A stretch of DNA of 64,000 bases from Minisyncoccota bacterium. Lineage in GTDB: Bacteria; Patescibacteriota; Microgenomatia; PFEM01; JAFGMK01. The notes beneath the pieces are model-generated. The model was given only the letters and a program-made list of their open reading frames with translations. It was not told the origin of the DNA and made no database searches. Positions 45,800 through 57,092 of the stretch are shown here, piece after piece (positions within the stretch are counted from its first letter, which is position 1; every line of letters begins with the position of its first letter). The stretch is from the NCBI GenBank assembly GCA_016927565.1, contig JAFGMK010000013.1, positions 8,796 to 72,795 of the forward strand. Reading direction: 5' to 3'. A program made the translations under genes and the position numbers.

Positions 45800-45961
45800 T
45801 TATCCGCCGATATGCTTGAAAAGCATGCCGACGCCAATGCCGATCAGCAGAAGTGGTCCGAGATCAAATCCCGGAAGACGCCTTTCCAGTAAAAAAATGA
45901 CGCCGATTGTGATTAAAATCACTGCTTCCAAAGAAACTTTTTTATTTTTGGGTTTGTCCAT
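45800..45961 (-). CDS. small (54 aa) membrane protein, paralog of the adjacent 71-aa protein; not in the supplied ORF track (under 60 aa)
   Basis: Translation MDKPKNKKVSLEAVILITIGVIFLLERRLPGFDLGPLLLIGIGVGMLFKHIGG with a GGAGG RBS. Shares the ...ITIGV..L.E..LP....LI..G...LFK pattern with its neighbour. Confidence 0.5.
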   Translation of the reverse strand: MDKPKNKKVSLEAVILITIGVIFLLERRLPGFDLGPLLLIGIGVGMLFKHIGG

Positions 45962-46029
45962 AAACCTCCTTTCTTTATCAAACCTGAAACCATTATTTTA
46001 CAAAAAAAGAAAATAATCAAGGGGTTTCT

Positions 46030-48588
46030 TTAAAGACAAGTTGCAGCTGCAATCCGGTCGTTTGCCTTGCCGAAGCGCATAAGGATTACTCCCTGGGTGT
46101 CGCGGCTGAGAATCGGGATGTTTTTGATCGGTAATTTGATTACCTGAGCTCGGCGGCTGGTGAGGATTAATTGTTTTGAATTTTGGGTAACCAGCTGGGA
46201 AAGGACAACGTTGCCGGTTTTAAGAGTGATATTGGCTACTTTAACACCGACTCCTCCCCTCTTTTGCAAAGGGTATGAGGAAAGCGGACTTCGTTTCCCC
46301 AACCCTTTTTCCGTAACAGTTATAATATCCCGAAAATATTTTCTCCGGCGGTCTTTTGGTTTGACTTGTTTCGAGGGAAAGGTTTCGATTGAAACAACCC
46401 AGTCTTCTTTTTTAAGGTTAATGCCTTTTACTCCGGTAGTGTCTCGACCCATCGGCCTGACATCGGTTTCTCTAAACCGGATCGATTTTCCCTGGTGAGA
46501 AACCATTAAAATTTGATCTTGGCCGGAAGTGGTTTTAACCCAACAGAGTTGATCGTCTTCTTTCAGTTTAATGGCAATTAAGCCCGAAGACCGGATATGA
46601 GCGAATTTGCTGAGGCGGGTTTTTTTAACGATGCCTTTTCTGGTGGCGGTAAGGATGAATTGCTGCTCGGTTTTTTTCGACATCGGCAAGACGGCCATCA
46701 CTCTTTCGTTTTGATCAACGCTGATTAAATTAATCAGCGCGCTGCCTTTAGAAGTTCGGCTTCCTTCATTGATTTCCCAGGCGGGAATGGCAAAAACCCG
46801 GCCCTGATCAGTAAAGAAAAGGATCAAGTCGTGAGTGTTGCTTTTGAGAAGGTGGGCGATTTCGTCTTCTTCTTTTGTTCCCATTCCGACCACTCCTTTG
46901 CCTCCCCTTCTCTGGCTGCGATAGGTATTAACAGGGAGCCTTTTGATATAACCGGTTTTTGTGATTGTTACCAAACAATCCTCCGAAGGCACCAGATCTT
47001 CCTCTTTGAAATTTTTGATATCCTGAGGGAAAACCCTGGTTCTTCTCGGATCGTCATATTCTTTTTTAATTTCGGTTAATTCTTCATCGATGACTTCCAG
47101 GATTTTTTCGGGCTGGGTCAGCAGGATGGCCAAGCGCTCAATCAGTTTTTTTATTGCCTCATATTCGTCCTGGATTTTTTTCTGTTCCAAAGCGGCCAAT
47201 CTTCTGAGTTGCATTTCCAAAATGGCTTCGGCCTGAGCCTGGCTGAGTTTGAATTTTTTCTCCAGATTCTTTCTTGCTGTTTCCGAATTCTGAGATTTTT
47301 TAATTGTTTCTATTACTTCATCCAGATTGTCCAGAGCGATTTTTAAGCCCTCCAGAATATGAGCCCTTTTTTTAGCAACTTGGAATTCATAGAAAGTTCG
47401 GCGGGTAATTACGCGTTGGCGATGGCGGATAAAGTAAGTTAAAATTTGTTTTAAAGATAAGAGCCTGGGAACATCATTGACCAAAGCAACCATATTGGTG
47501 GAGTAAGAAGTTTGCAATTCGGTAAACTTATAAAGTTTATTTAAAACCACTTTCGGTTTGGCGGATTTTTTAAGCTCGACGACAATTCTCATGCCCTTTC
47601 TGTCTGATTCGTCTCTCAAATCGCTGATACCCGAGATTCTTTTGTCTTTAACCAGATCGGCAATTTTGGTAATTAGCTTGGCTTTATTTACTTGATAAGG
47701 GATCTCGGAAACAATGATTTGCAAACGTCCTCTGGCCGTTTCTTCAGTAGCTACTTTGGCCCGGATAATAATTTTTCCTTTACCGGTGGCATAAGCTTTT
47801 TGGATTTCTTCAAGGTTGTAGATTTGACCGCCGGTTGGAAAATCCGGCCCCTGAATATATTGCATTAGATCATCAACGGTGACTTTACTGTCAAAAAGCG
47901 GTATCTTGGGAGGCTTCTTAATCTCCGTTTTTAAAAGATCGATTTTGGAAATTTGAAATCCGCTTCTAGGTTTAGACTGGGCTAAACTGCCTTTTTTCAG
48001 CATGTGCTTCAATCCTCCGACAACCTCAGTCAAGTTGTGAGGCGGAATTTTGGTTGCCATTCCGACTGCAATCCCGTCTGATCCCATCAGGAGAAGATTG
48101 GGAATTTTGGCCGGCAAACAAACCGGCTCTTTGAGAGTGCCGTCAAAATTATCCCGGAAAGAAACAGTTCCTTTGTCCAGGTCCGCCAGCATTTCCCGGG
48201 CGATTTTAGCCATTTTGGCCTCAGTGTAACGCATCGCTGCCGGCGGATCGCCGTCAATTGAGCCGAAATTGCCCTGACCGTCTACCAGAGGGTAGCGCAT
48301 GGAAAAATCTTGGGCCAGCCTGACTAAAGAACCGTAAATCGGGCCGTCGCCGTGAGGATGATATTTGCCCATTGTCTCCCCGACGATTTTGGCCGATTTA
48401 GAATAGTGGCTTTGGTGGACTAGCCCCATTTCCTTCATGGCAAAAAGAATCCGTCGGTGAACCGGCTTCAGACCGTCACGCACATCGGGCAGAGCCCGAG
48501 AGACGATAACGCTCATGGCATAATCGAGATATGATTTTTTCATCTCTTGGGAAATTTCCGTCGAGATGACCTTACCGATATTGGACAT
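46030..48588 (-). CDS. gyrA: DNA gyrase subunit A
   Basis: Active-site Tyr region and C-terminal beta-pinwheel repeats; 852 aa. Confidence 0.95.
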   Translation of the reverse strand: MSNIGKVISTEISQEMKKSYLDYAMSVIVSRALPDVRDGLKPVHRRILFAMKEMGLVHQSHYSKSAKIVGETMGKYHPHGDGPIYGSLVRLAQDFSMRYPLVDGQGNFGSIDGDPPAAMRYTEAKMAKIAREMLADLDKGTVSFRDNFDGTLKEPVCLPAKIPNLLLMGSDGIAVGMATKIPPHNLTEVVGGLKHMLKKGSLAQSKPRSGFQISKIDLLKTEIKKPPKIPLFDSKVTVDDLMQYIQGPDFPTGGQIYNLEEIQKAYATGKGKIIIRAKVATEETARGRLQIIVSEIPYQVNKAKLITKIADLVKDKRISGISDLRDESDRKGMRIVVELKKSAKPKVVLNKLYKFTELQTSYSTNMVALVNDVPRLLSLKQILTYFIRHRQRVITRRTFYEFQVAKKRAHILEGLKIALDNLDEVIETIKKSQNSETARKNLEKKFKLSQAQAEAILEMQLRRLAALEQKKIQDEYEAIKKLIERLAILLTQPEKILEVIDEELTEIKKEYDDPRRTRVFPQDIKNFKEEDLVPSEDCLVTITKTGYIKRLPVNTYRSQRRGGKGVVGMGTKEEDEIAHLLKSNTHDLILFFTDQGRVFAIPAWEINEGSRTSKGSALINLISVDQNERVMAVLPMSKKTEQQFILTATRKGIVKKTRLSKFAHIRSSGLIAIKLKEDDQLCWVKTTSGQDQILMVSHQGKSIRFRETDVRPMGRDTTGVKGINLKKEDWVVSIETFPSKQVKPKDRRRKYFRDIITVTEKGLGKRSPLSSYPLQKRGGVGVKVANITLKTGNVVLSQLVTQNSKQLILTSRRAQVIKLPIKNIPILSRDTQGVILMRFGKANDRIAAATCL

Positions 48589-48623
48589 TGTTAGTTTATC
48601 TAAAGCTGTTGATTTTTCAGTTT

Positions 48624-49112
48624 CTACTTCTGCTTATATCTTTCCTGAGCTTTTAAGACCTCTTTTTCTGCTTTTTCCCGACTACCCCAGCCTTTTAATT
48701 TTACCCATTTGCCTTTTTCCAGGTCTTTGTAGTGTTCAAAAAAGTTTCTAATTTTGTCTTTGGTAATTTGATCAAGTTCTTCTGCCTGTTTGACTTTACC
48801 GAACAAAGGGTCGATTTTAACATCCGGAACGGCGAGGATTTTGGTATCCACTCCTCCTTCGTCTTCCATCTGAAGAAGGCCGACCACCTGGCATTTGATT
48901 AAACAGCCCGGCACCACCGGTTTTGATGACAAAACGACGACATCAATCGGATCGTTGTCTTCGCTGAGAGTTTCTTCGACATAGCCGTAATTAAAAGGGA
49001 AATACATAGCTCCGTGCAGAAAGCGGTCAACTCTGATCCGGCCTTTTTCTTTATCAAATTCATACTTAACCAACCCCCCTTTGGGAATTTCGATTAAAAC
49101 GTCAAGACTCAT
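48624..49112 (-). CDS. ppa: inorganic pyrophosphatase (family I)
   Basis: IEIPKGG...KYE and DPIDVVVL motifs. Confidence 0.9.
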   Translation of the reverse strand: MSLDVLIEIPKGGLVKYEFDKEKGRIRVDRFLHGAMYFPFNYGYVEETLSEDNDPIDVVVLSSKPVVPGCLIKCQVVGLLQMEDEGGVDTKILAVPDVKIDPLFGKVKQAEELDQITKDKIRNFFEHYKDLEKGKWVKLKGWGSREKAEKEVLKAQERYKQK

Positions 49113-49140
49113 CTGGCCTCCTTTTTTTCAAAAAAATAAA

Positions 49141-51135
<1,995 letters not shown>

Positions 51136-51305
51136 TTATTGAAGCAAGAGAGATTCTATTGCAATTCATTATAACCAGTTGTTTTTTGAGTTTCAAGAGG
51201 TGAAAGGTTCAGGGGTTGTTTTTCTTTATCGGTAAAATTCCTTTGGGCAAATCTTTTCCTCTCAAGGAGAAAATCCGGGGCCATTTACCCGAACGGGCAG
51301 TTTTC

Positions 51306-51339
51306 TCTTGATACCATGATTCGAATCATGGTATCAAGA
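51306..51339. promoter_or_regulatory. perfect 34-bp palindrome TCTTGATACCATGAT-TCGA-ATCATGGTATCAAGA about 200 bp upstream of gyrB; second copy of the candidate YerC-type operator
   Basis: Perfect 15-bp arms and a palindromic spacer. Matches the site at 30362-30395 at 31 of 34 positions. Confidence 0.6.
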
Positions 51340-51370
51340 ATCCTGGTCTTCTTGATGATTAATTATCCCT

Positions 51371-52186
51371 TTACCTCCTCCCTATCCCTTTACCCCCCTT
51401 ATCCATCGGTAAAACTTCTTTATCGGCAAGATTCCTTTTGCGGGAGGTGATTTGAGGATAGCGGAGGAAAAGATTATCGATGACTAGACGGTGATTGACA
51501 TTTTTATCAATTAATTGATATGCCTTGTTGATTTTTTTGATGAGAATGGCTGTTCGGGAAACTGTCAGGGAAGGAAATAGTTCTTTAAAATCTTTAAACT
51601 TATCCGGATTTTGTTTCTCTTCTAATCCGGCTAAAAGAATTTGCCGCCAGGCATGAAGTTGTCCCAGAATAAATTCGGGTGCTTCTTTTTTATCAACAGC
51701 CAGCTTGGCAGTCAGCTGTAGTTTTTCGCCCGGTGATAAAAACAGAGCCTGGTGGATGATTTTAAGGTTTTCCGACAGTTTATCTGAAAAAAAATCAGTT
51801 GTTTGGCCGGGAGGCAATTTTATTATTTGGACGCGAGAAAGGATAGTAGGCAAAAGAGATTCGGCTTGCCGGGAGGTTAAAATAAGAATCGTGTCGGCGG
51901 GCGGTTCTTCCAGGGTCTTTAAAAGAGCGTTTTGGGCAGGCAGGGTCAGTTTTTCGGCTCCATAAATCAAGCCTGCTTTAAGTTTTAAGGCAAGAGGCTT
52001 ATAGAACAGCTTTTTTTTTAAGTTCCTGATCTGGCTGATTTTAATTGAGTCATCGGACTCGATGATAAAGACATCGGGATTCTGCCTGAAGTTTTTAATT
52101 GGTTTTTTTTGGATTTTTTCGATTATATTTTGAGCTTTGGCAAGCCTGGTCGGCGCGTCGGCTCCGGTAATCAAAAAAGCGTGCAT
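51371..52186 (-). CDS. holB: DNA polymerase III subunit delta'
   Basis: AQNALLKTLEEPP and LPTILSRVQ (SRC-like) motifs with a degenerate P-loop, as is typical for delta'. Confidence 0.7.
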   Translation of the reverse strand: MHAFLITGADAPTRLAKAQNIIEKIQKKPIKNFRQNPDVFIIESDDSIKISQIRNLKKKLFYKPLALKLKAGLIYGAEKLTLPAQNALLKTLEEPPADTILILTSRQAESLLPTILSRVQIIKLPPGQTTDFFSDKLSENLKIIHQALFLSPGEKLQLTAKLAVDKKEAPEFILGQLHAWRQILLAGLEEKQNPDKFKDFKELFPSLTVSRTAILIKKINKAYQLIDKNVNHRLVIDNLFLRYPQITSRKRNLADKEVLPMDKGGKGIGRR

Positions 52187-52307
52187 GGATTAATTGATAA
52201 GTAATAAGTGACAATTGGGAAGTGAGAATTTTTCTTCTCTTTTCCTGCTTTTATCTTATTGCCATTTTTCATTGACATTTTATCATAATAAAGGTTAAGA
52301 TGGGGTT

Positions 52308-54044
52308 ATGAACAGCCTGCCCGTTCAGCCAAAACCGGCATCTTTTTTTTCGTTGGCTGATGTTTTGGCAGAAAAAGGGGCCATTACTCCGGATCAGCTT
52401 GAAGCGATTAAGCTGGAAAGCGTTTCTCAGAGCAGGCCGGTTGAGGAAATTATTCAGGAAAGAAATCTGGCTTCGCCAGATCAGCTGGCCCAAGCCAAAG
52501 GCCAACTCTACCGGATACCCTTTATCAATCTGGCTGATATCGGGATTTCGCCAACGGCTTTAAACCTCATTCCCCGGCCGGTAGCAGAAAACTTTGGCAT
52601 GATTCCCTTTGCTTATGATCGGGAAAAGAATGAGCTTTCTTTGGCGATGAGCGATCCGCTCAATTTGGATGCAATTAAATTTTCCGAACGCAAGTCAAAC
52701 GCCAAAATTATCCCCTACATTGCTCCGCTTGAAATCATCAGGAAAGCAATTGAAGAAAGATATGCTCAGAGTCTGGCAACTGAGGTTAAGGCTGCCCTCA
52801 AGAAGACGGGCTATGAGGCTTCGGTAAAACAAAAAGCAGTTGATATTACTCAATTGGGCTCAGTTATCAGAGAGGCGCCGATTGCAAAAATTGTTGCCAC
52901 TGTCTTGGAGTTTGCTATTAAGGCCAGAGCTTCCGATATTCATATCGAGCCTCAGGAAGAAAAAATTAGAGTCCGTTATCGGATTGATGGCATTTTGCAT
53001 GAAAAATTAGTTTTGCCCAAAAGCCTTCATGAGGCGATTATTTCCCGGATCAAAATCCTTTCGGAAATGAAGATTGATGAAAAGAGGATCCCCCAGGACG
53101 GACGGTTCACTTTTAGGGCAAATACCCGAATGGTTGACTTGCGGGTTTCTTGTTTGCCGACTGTTCATGGAGAGAAGATTGTAATGAGGCTTTTAAAAAA
53201 GGGAGGCGGAGTTCTTGATTTGCCGGATCTGGGTTTAAGAGGCCGGGCTTTAAAGAATCTCGAAGACGCGATCTTGAGGCCTCACGGAATCATTCTGGTT
53301 TGCGGACCGACCGGATCAGGGAAAACGACGACTCTTTATTCGGTCCTTTCCCGGATTAACTCCAGCCGGGTTAACATTTTAACTTTGGAAGATCCGGTGG
53401 AGTACGAAATCCAAGGGGTAAATCAAGTTCAGGTAAATCGGGGTGCCGGTCTGACCTTTGCTTCGGGGCTGAGAAGTTTTTTGCGTCAGGACCCGAACAT
53501 TATTATGGTCGGTGAAATTCGGGATGAAGAAACAACTGATTTGGCTATTCAGGCTGCTTTAACCGGTCACCTGGTTTTTTCAACTCTCCATACTCGGAAT
53601 GCCTCCGGGGCTTTGCCGCGTCTTTTGGATCTCAAGGCTGAGCCTTTTTTGCTGGCTTCTTCAATTACCTGTATTGTCGGTCAGCGGGTCGGCCGACGAA
53701 TTTGCGACGAGTGCAAAGAAGCTTATGAACCAACTCCGGAAGTAGTTGAAAGTATCAAAGATGTTTTGGGTAATCTTTACAAACCGGCCGACAAGATTAA
53801 ACTCTATCGGGGGAAAGGCTGTCCGATTTGCAACAATACCGGCTACATGGAAAGGGTAGGGATTTTTGAGGTTCTGCCGATAACCGAGAAAGTAGGGCGG
53901 CTAATTTTGGAGAGAACTGACTCGTCGGCAATTGAGAAACAGGCGGTTGAAGAAGGAATGATTACAATGAAGGAGGACGGCTTTCTTAAGGTTCTTGAGG
54001 GCGTTTCCAGCCTGGAAGAAATTTTAAGGGTAGCCGAAACTTAA
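52308..54044 (+). CDS. pilB: type IV pilus assembly ATPase PilB (GspE family)
   Basis: N-terminal GSPII_E_N domain, Walker A GPTGSGKTTTLYS, Asp and His boxes, and a tetra-Cys zinc motif. Confidence 0.9.
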   Translation: MNSLPVQPKPASFFSLADVLAEKGAITPDQLEAIKLESVSQSRPVEEIIQERNLASPDQLAQAKGQLYRIPFINLADIGISPTALNLIPRPVAENFGMIPFAYDREKNELSLAMSDPLNLDAIKFSERKSNAKIIPYIAPLEIIRKAIEERYAQSLATEVKAALKKTGYEASVKQKAVDITQLGSVIREAPIAKIVATVLEFAIKARASDIHIEPQEEKIRVRYRIDGILHEKLVLPKSLHEAIISRIKILSEMKIDEKRIPQDGRFTFRANTRMVDLRVSCLPTVHGEKIVMRLLKKGGGVLDLPDLGLRGRALKNLEDAILRPHGIILVCGPTGSGKTTTLYSVLSRINSSRVNILTLEDPVEYEIQGVNQVQVNRGAGLTFASGLRSFLRQDPNIIMVGEIRDEETTDLAIQAALTGHLVFSTLHTRNASGALPRLLDLKAEPFLLASSITCIVGQRVGRRICDECKEAYEPTPEVVESIKDVLGNLYKPADKIKLYRGKGCPICNNTGYMERVGIFEVLPITEKVGRLILERTDSSAIEKQAVEEGMITMKEDGFLKVLEGVSSLEEILRVAET

Positions 54045-54067
54045 TATTTTAGAAACGGAGAAAAAAA

Positions 54068-55135
54068 ATGACAATCGAAGATTTGCTTAACCTGGCTTTT
54101 ACTGAAAAGGCTTCAGATCTCCATTTGGTGGTTGATTTGCCGCCGATTTTACGAGTTAACGGGGTTATCTTAACTGTTCCCAACGAACCGTTATTGACAA
54201 CAGAAAGAAACGAAGAGCTGATTTTCTCACTTTTCACCGAAGAACAAAAAGAAACTTTTCTGATTAACAAGGAAATTGATTTTTCCGTGTCTTTAAAAGA
54301 TTTGGCCCGTTTTCGGGTTAATGCCTATTATGAAAAAGGCCGGCCGGCGGCTTCTTTAAGACTGATTCCTAATCAAATTATTCCCATTGATGATCTCGGC
54401 TTGCCGAAAATCAGTCATGATTTTGCCAAGTTGAAGCAGGGGTTGATTTTAGTCACCGGTCCGACCGGACACGGAAAATCAACCACTCTGGCGGCCATTA
54501 TTGATGAGATTAACGAGTTAAGGAGAGAACATATTGTGACGATTGAGGATCCGATTGAATATGTCCATCATCATAAAAAATCGATTATCTCCCAGCGGGA
54601 GCTGCGATCAGATACTCATTCGTGGGAGATTGCTCTCCGGTCGGTATTAAGGGAGGATCCGAATATAGTTTTAATTGGCGAGATGAGAGATTATGAAACA
54701 ATTGCCGCTGCTTTGACAATTGCCGAAACAGGTCATTTGGTCTTTGCTACCCTGCACACTAATTCAGCGGCCCAAACGGTAGACAGAATTGTTGATGTTT
54801 TCCCGCCTCACCAACAGCAACAAGTGAGAACTCAGCTGGCTTTTGTTTTGGAGGCGATTGTTTCCCAAAGACTAATCCCCTCTTTGGATGAAAGCCGGGT
54901 GGTTGCCTGTGAAATTCTTTTGGCAAATTCGGCAGTAAGAAATTCTGTCCGTGAAGGACAAACCCATTTGATCGACAACATTATCCAAACCTCGATTGAA
55001 ATGGGAATGATTACTTTAGAAATGGATTTAGCCAGATTAGTTAAAACCGGCAAAATCAGCTATGAACAGGCCAAGAATTTTGCCTTAAGACCGAAAGAGC
55101 TGGTTCGTCAGGTGAGCCGGTTAAAAAAGATTTAA
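54068..55135 (+). CDS. pilT: type IV pilus retraction ATPase PilT
   Basis: Walker A GPTGHGKSTTLAA and length 355 aa without the N-terminal extension. Confidence 0.9.
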   Translation: MTIEDLLNLAFTEKASDLHLVVDLPPILRVNGVILTVPNEPLLTTERNEELIFSLFTEEQKETFLINKEIDFSVSLKDLARFRVNAYYEKGRPAASLRLIPNQIIPIDDLGLPKISHDFAKLKQGLILVTGPTGHGKSTTLAAIIDEINELRREHIVTIEDPIEYVHHHKKSIISQRELRSDTHSWEIALRSVLREDPNIVLIGEMRDYETIAAALTIAETGHLVFATLHTNSAAQTVDRIVDVFPPHQQQQVRTQLAFVLEAIVSQRLIPSLDESRVVACEILLANSAVRNSVREGQTHLIDNIIQTSIEMGMITLEMDLARLVKTGKISYEQAKNFALRPKELVRQVSRLKKI

Positions 55136-55143
55136 GACGGGAC

Positions 55144-56352
55144 ATGATCAAATTTGATTATTATGCTCGCGATCCCCAAGGTAAGCCAAAAAAGGGAATT
55201 GTCGAAGCTATTGACCGGAATCAAGCAGCCTTAATCCTCCGCAGAATGGGCTTGATTTTAATTGAGATTAAGGTGAGGAAAGAAAGCTTTTTGACAAAGA
55301 TTCAGAGAGTTTTTTTAAGCCGGGTGAAAATAGATGATGTCGTCAATTTCACCCGCCAGCTGTCAACAATGATCAATGCCGGTCTGGTTATCACTGATGC
55401 CATGGTAATCCTCCGATCCCAGACAGAAAATCCCCGAATGGTTACCATTGTTGATTCGCTTCAAAAAGATATTGAGGGGGGAAAGAGTGCCTCTGAGGCG
55501 ATGGCCAGGTTTCCTCAGGTTTTTGATTCGGTTTATGTATCTTTAGTCCGCTCAGGAGAGACAGCGGGTATTCTAGATAAAATTTTGAGTCGGCTGGCAG
55601 ATAATTTAGAAAAAAAAAGAGATTTTCTGGGCAAGATTAAAGGAGCAATGGTTTATCCGGTTATCATTGTTACCGGCATGATTTTGGTGGCGGCGGTGAT
55701 GATGATTTTTGTAATCCCCAAACTGCTTGATCTTTATCAGGAATTTGAAGCAACTTTGCCGCTGGCAACAATGGTTTTGATGTCGGTTTCTAAATTTATG
55801 GCTCGTTTCTGGTGGTTGCTTTTGATTTTGGTCGGTTCTTTAGTTTGGGGATTCAGGCTTATTTTAAAAACTGAAACAGGGCGGCTGAAAATGGATTCAA
55901 TTATTTTTGCTTTGCCGGTAATCGGCAAGCTCAGGAGATCGATGATGTTGACTGAGTTTACCCGCACTTTCGGGTTATTGGTTGAGGGTGGAGTGTTGGT
56001 GGTTGAATCACTGGGTGTAGCCGAAGGAGCAATGGGAAGCCCGATTTATAAAAAAGCAGTATCTCAGGCTACGGCGGAAGTTGAAAGGGGGACTTCTCTG
56101 GCAGTTGCTCTGAGCCGAACCGAAGCTTTTCCTCCTCTCTTGTCACAAATGGTTTCAGTAGGCGAAGAAACCGGCAAGCTGGATGAAGTACTTTTAAAAA
56201 TTGCTTCTTATTTTGAGCAAGAGGCCTCAGCCGCAGTTCGGAATTTAACTACAGCGATTGAACCGATTATTATGATTGTTATGGGGATCGGAGTAACTTT
56301 TTTAATCATTGCTGTGATCATGCCGATCTATAACCTGACGAGTCAGTTTTAA
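55144..56352 (+). CDS. pilC: type IV pilus platform protein PilC (GspF family)
   Basis: Two T2SSF repeats with three TMs; 402 aa. Confidence 0.9.
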   Translation: MIKFDYYARDPQGKPKKGIVEAIDRNQAALILRRMGLILIEIKVRKESFLTKIQRVFLSRVKIDDVVNFTRQLSTMINAGLVITDAMVILRSQTENPRMVTIVDSLQKDIEGGKSASEAMARFPQVFDSVYVSLVRSGETAGILDKILSRLADNLEKKRDFLGKIKGAMVYPVIIVTGMILVAAVMMIFVIPKLLDLYQEFEATLPLATMVLMSVSKFMARFWWLLLILVGSLVWGFRLILKTETGRLKMDSIIFALPVIGKLRRSMMLTEFTRTFGLLVEGGVLVVESLGVAEGAMGSPIYKKAVSQATAEVERGTSLAVALSRTEAFPPLLSQMVSVGEETGKLDEVLLKIASYFEQEASAAVRNLTTAIEPIIMIVMGIGVTFLIIAVIMPIYNLTSQF

Positions 56353-56521
56353 AAAAATTTCCACTGGGACTCGATTTTTTGACAAAAAGAACTGGATAAT
56401 TTCCGGATGAAGGAAACTATTTGGAATGCAGGTTCGGATTAGGGTTGACAAACAAAGACAGGGTGTGGAATTATTAGTTAAGCTTCGATCAATAATTTTT
56501 TTTGTGAAAGTTTGAAAGGGG

Positions 56522-57019
56522 GTGAAAAAAATGAAAAAAACAAGCGGTTTTACGTTAATCGAAATGTTAATTGTAATTGCTGTTATCGGTATTCTGGCGG
56601 TGGCAGTTTTGTCGGCCATTAACCCGGTTGAGCAAATGAGAAAAGCGCGGGATACTCGGCGCCGGAGTGCTGCAGCCGAGCTTCTGAATGCTCTGGAAAG
56701 ATATTATGCGACTCATGAGGAATATCCCGGGGATTATTCTGATGGAGTGGTAGACGGAACGCTTTGCGATGCGACCGGCAGCCAGGTCACTTCCGATTTG
56801 TTGGCGACTTTGATTGACAATGATGAGCTCAAGGCAGAATTCTCAAATCGGATTAACGATTCAAGTACCTCGATTTACGGGGCGATTGACTATACCAGCG
56901 GATCTGAACTGGCGACTGTCTGCTATGAGATTGAGTCATCGGCTAATATCGACCGATATACCGGTGAAGTTAATTTTTGCGATGGCACTGATACCGATTA
57001 TGTTTGTCTGCCGGAGTAA
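56522..57019 (+). CDS. type IV pilin (prepilin-type N-terminal methylation domain)
   Basis: Class III signal ...TSGFTLIEMLIVIAVIGILA. Strong RBS and a strong downstream hairpin. Confidence 0.85.
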   Translation: MKKMKKTSGFTLIEMLIVIAVIGILAVAVLSAINPVEQMRKARDTRRRSAAAELLNALERYYATHEEYPGDYSDGVVDGTLCDATGSQVTSDLLATLIDNDELKAEFSNRINDSSTSIYGAIDYTSGSELATVCYEIESSANIDRYTGEVNFCDGTDTDYVCLPE

Positions 57020-57046
57020 ATAGAACTTATAAAGAGAATAACGATA

Positions 57047-57083
57047 ACCCGAACTCCGCCAAAAAAATCGGTGCGGACGATTT
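57047..57083 (+). terminator. perfect 15-bp-stem hairpin (ccgccaaaaaaatcg-gtgcgga-cgatttttttggcgg) after the pilin gene
   Basis: Seen directly. Likely a terminator or attenuator separating the pilin gene from the downstream membrane-protein gene. Confidence 0.55.
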
Positions 57084-57092
57084 TTTTGGCGG

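Noticed and set aside
45199-46016. ORFs 45199-45510 and 45296-45562, which overlap the radical SAM N-terminus, and ORF 45816-46016.
   Set aside because: They overlap better-supported genes: the radical SAM CDS and the small membrane protein genes, which have strong RBSs.
51371-52186. The missing Walker A motif in the clamp-loader-like protein.
   Set aside because: A degenerate P-loop is the normal state for the delta' (HolB) subunit, so it is not anomalous.
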